A model generated the notes under the pieces. That model saw only the letters and a list, made by a program, of their open reading frames with translations. It was not told the origin of the DNA and searched no databases. Made by a program: the position numbers and the translations under genes. From Eledone cirrhosa (Eukaryota), in contig OZ024740.1 of NCBI GenBank assembly GCA_964016885.1, forward strand, positions 122,946,001-123,010,000: a stretch of DNA of 64,000 nt, given 5' to 3'. Shown piece after piece: positions 63,884 to 64,000 of the stretch. The number at the start of each line of letters is the position of its first letter. The first letter of the stretch is position 1.

Positions 63884-64000
63884 TAGGTAATCCAGTTAGA
63901 GGTTGTGAGTACTCTGTAATATGGATAGTTTTAACGTACGGCGTTGTTTGACTCAACAAGAGGTTTCCTTAGTTAGGTAGCGAGTTTGCGAGAATTCTTA
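63884..64000 (-). mobile_element. Terminus of a (TA)n-inserting element (possibly another PLE) running off the window
   Basis: Homologous to 12091-12181; abuts the (TA)n run at 63842-63883. Strand is inferred. Confidence 0.6.

Overview
AT-rich, microsatellite-dense eukaryotic DNA. The repeat families suggest an octopus/coleoid cephalopod genome (inference). I can support no host protein-coding exon; the window is intronic or intergenic and dominated by transposon relics. These include two Penelope-like elements (PLEs; ~12.2-14.6 kb and ~61.8-63.7 kb), a decayed RTE LINE (16.7-19.7 kb) and a non-autonomous Helitron carrying a 93-bp minisatellite (21.06-22.2 kb). A cluster of (TAA)n-associated non-LTR elements occupies 34.5-42.8 kb: a Tx1/L1 3' fragment plus four Dong/R4-type RLE copies, one nearly intact. 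There are also two CRE-like RLE relics, the 3' half of a young Ty3/gypsy-like LTR element fused head-to-head to the second PLE, and many SINEs/MITEs. The most notable signal is that both dissimilar PLEs end in a type I hammerhead-ribozyme fold sharing the same non-canonical core (CAGANGA, U-U at the base of stem II, U17) just upstream of AATAAA. All alignments and folds were read by eye; the boundaries of decayed repeats are approximate.
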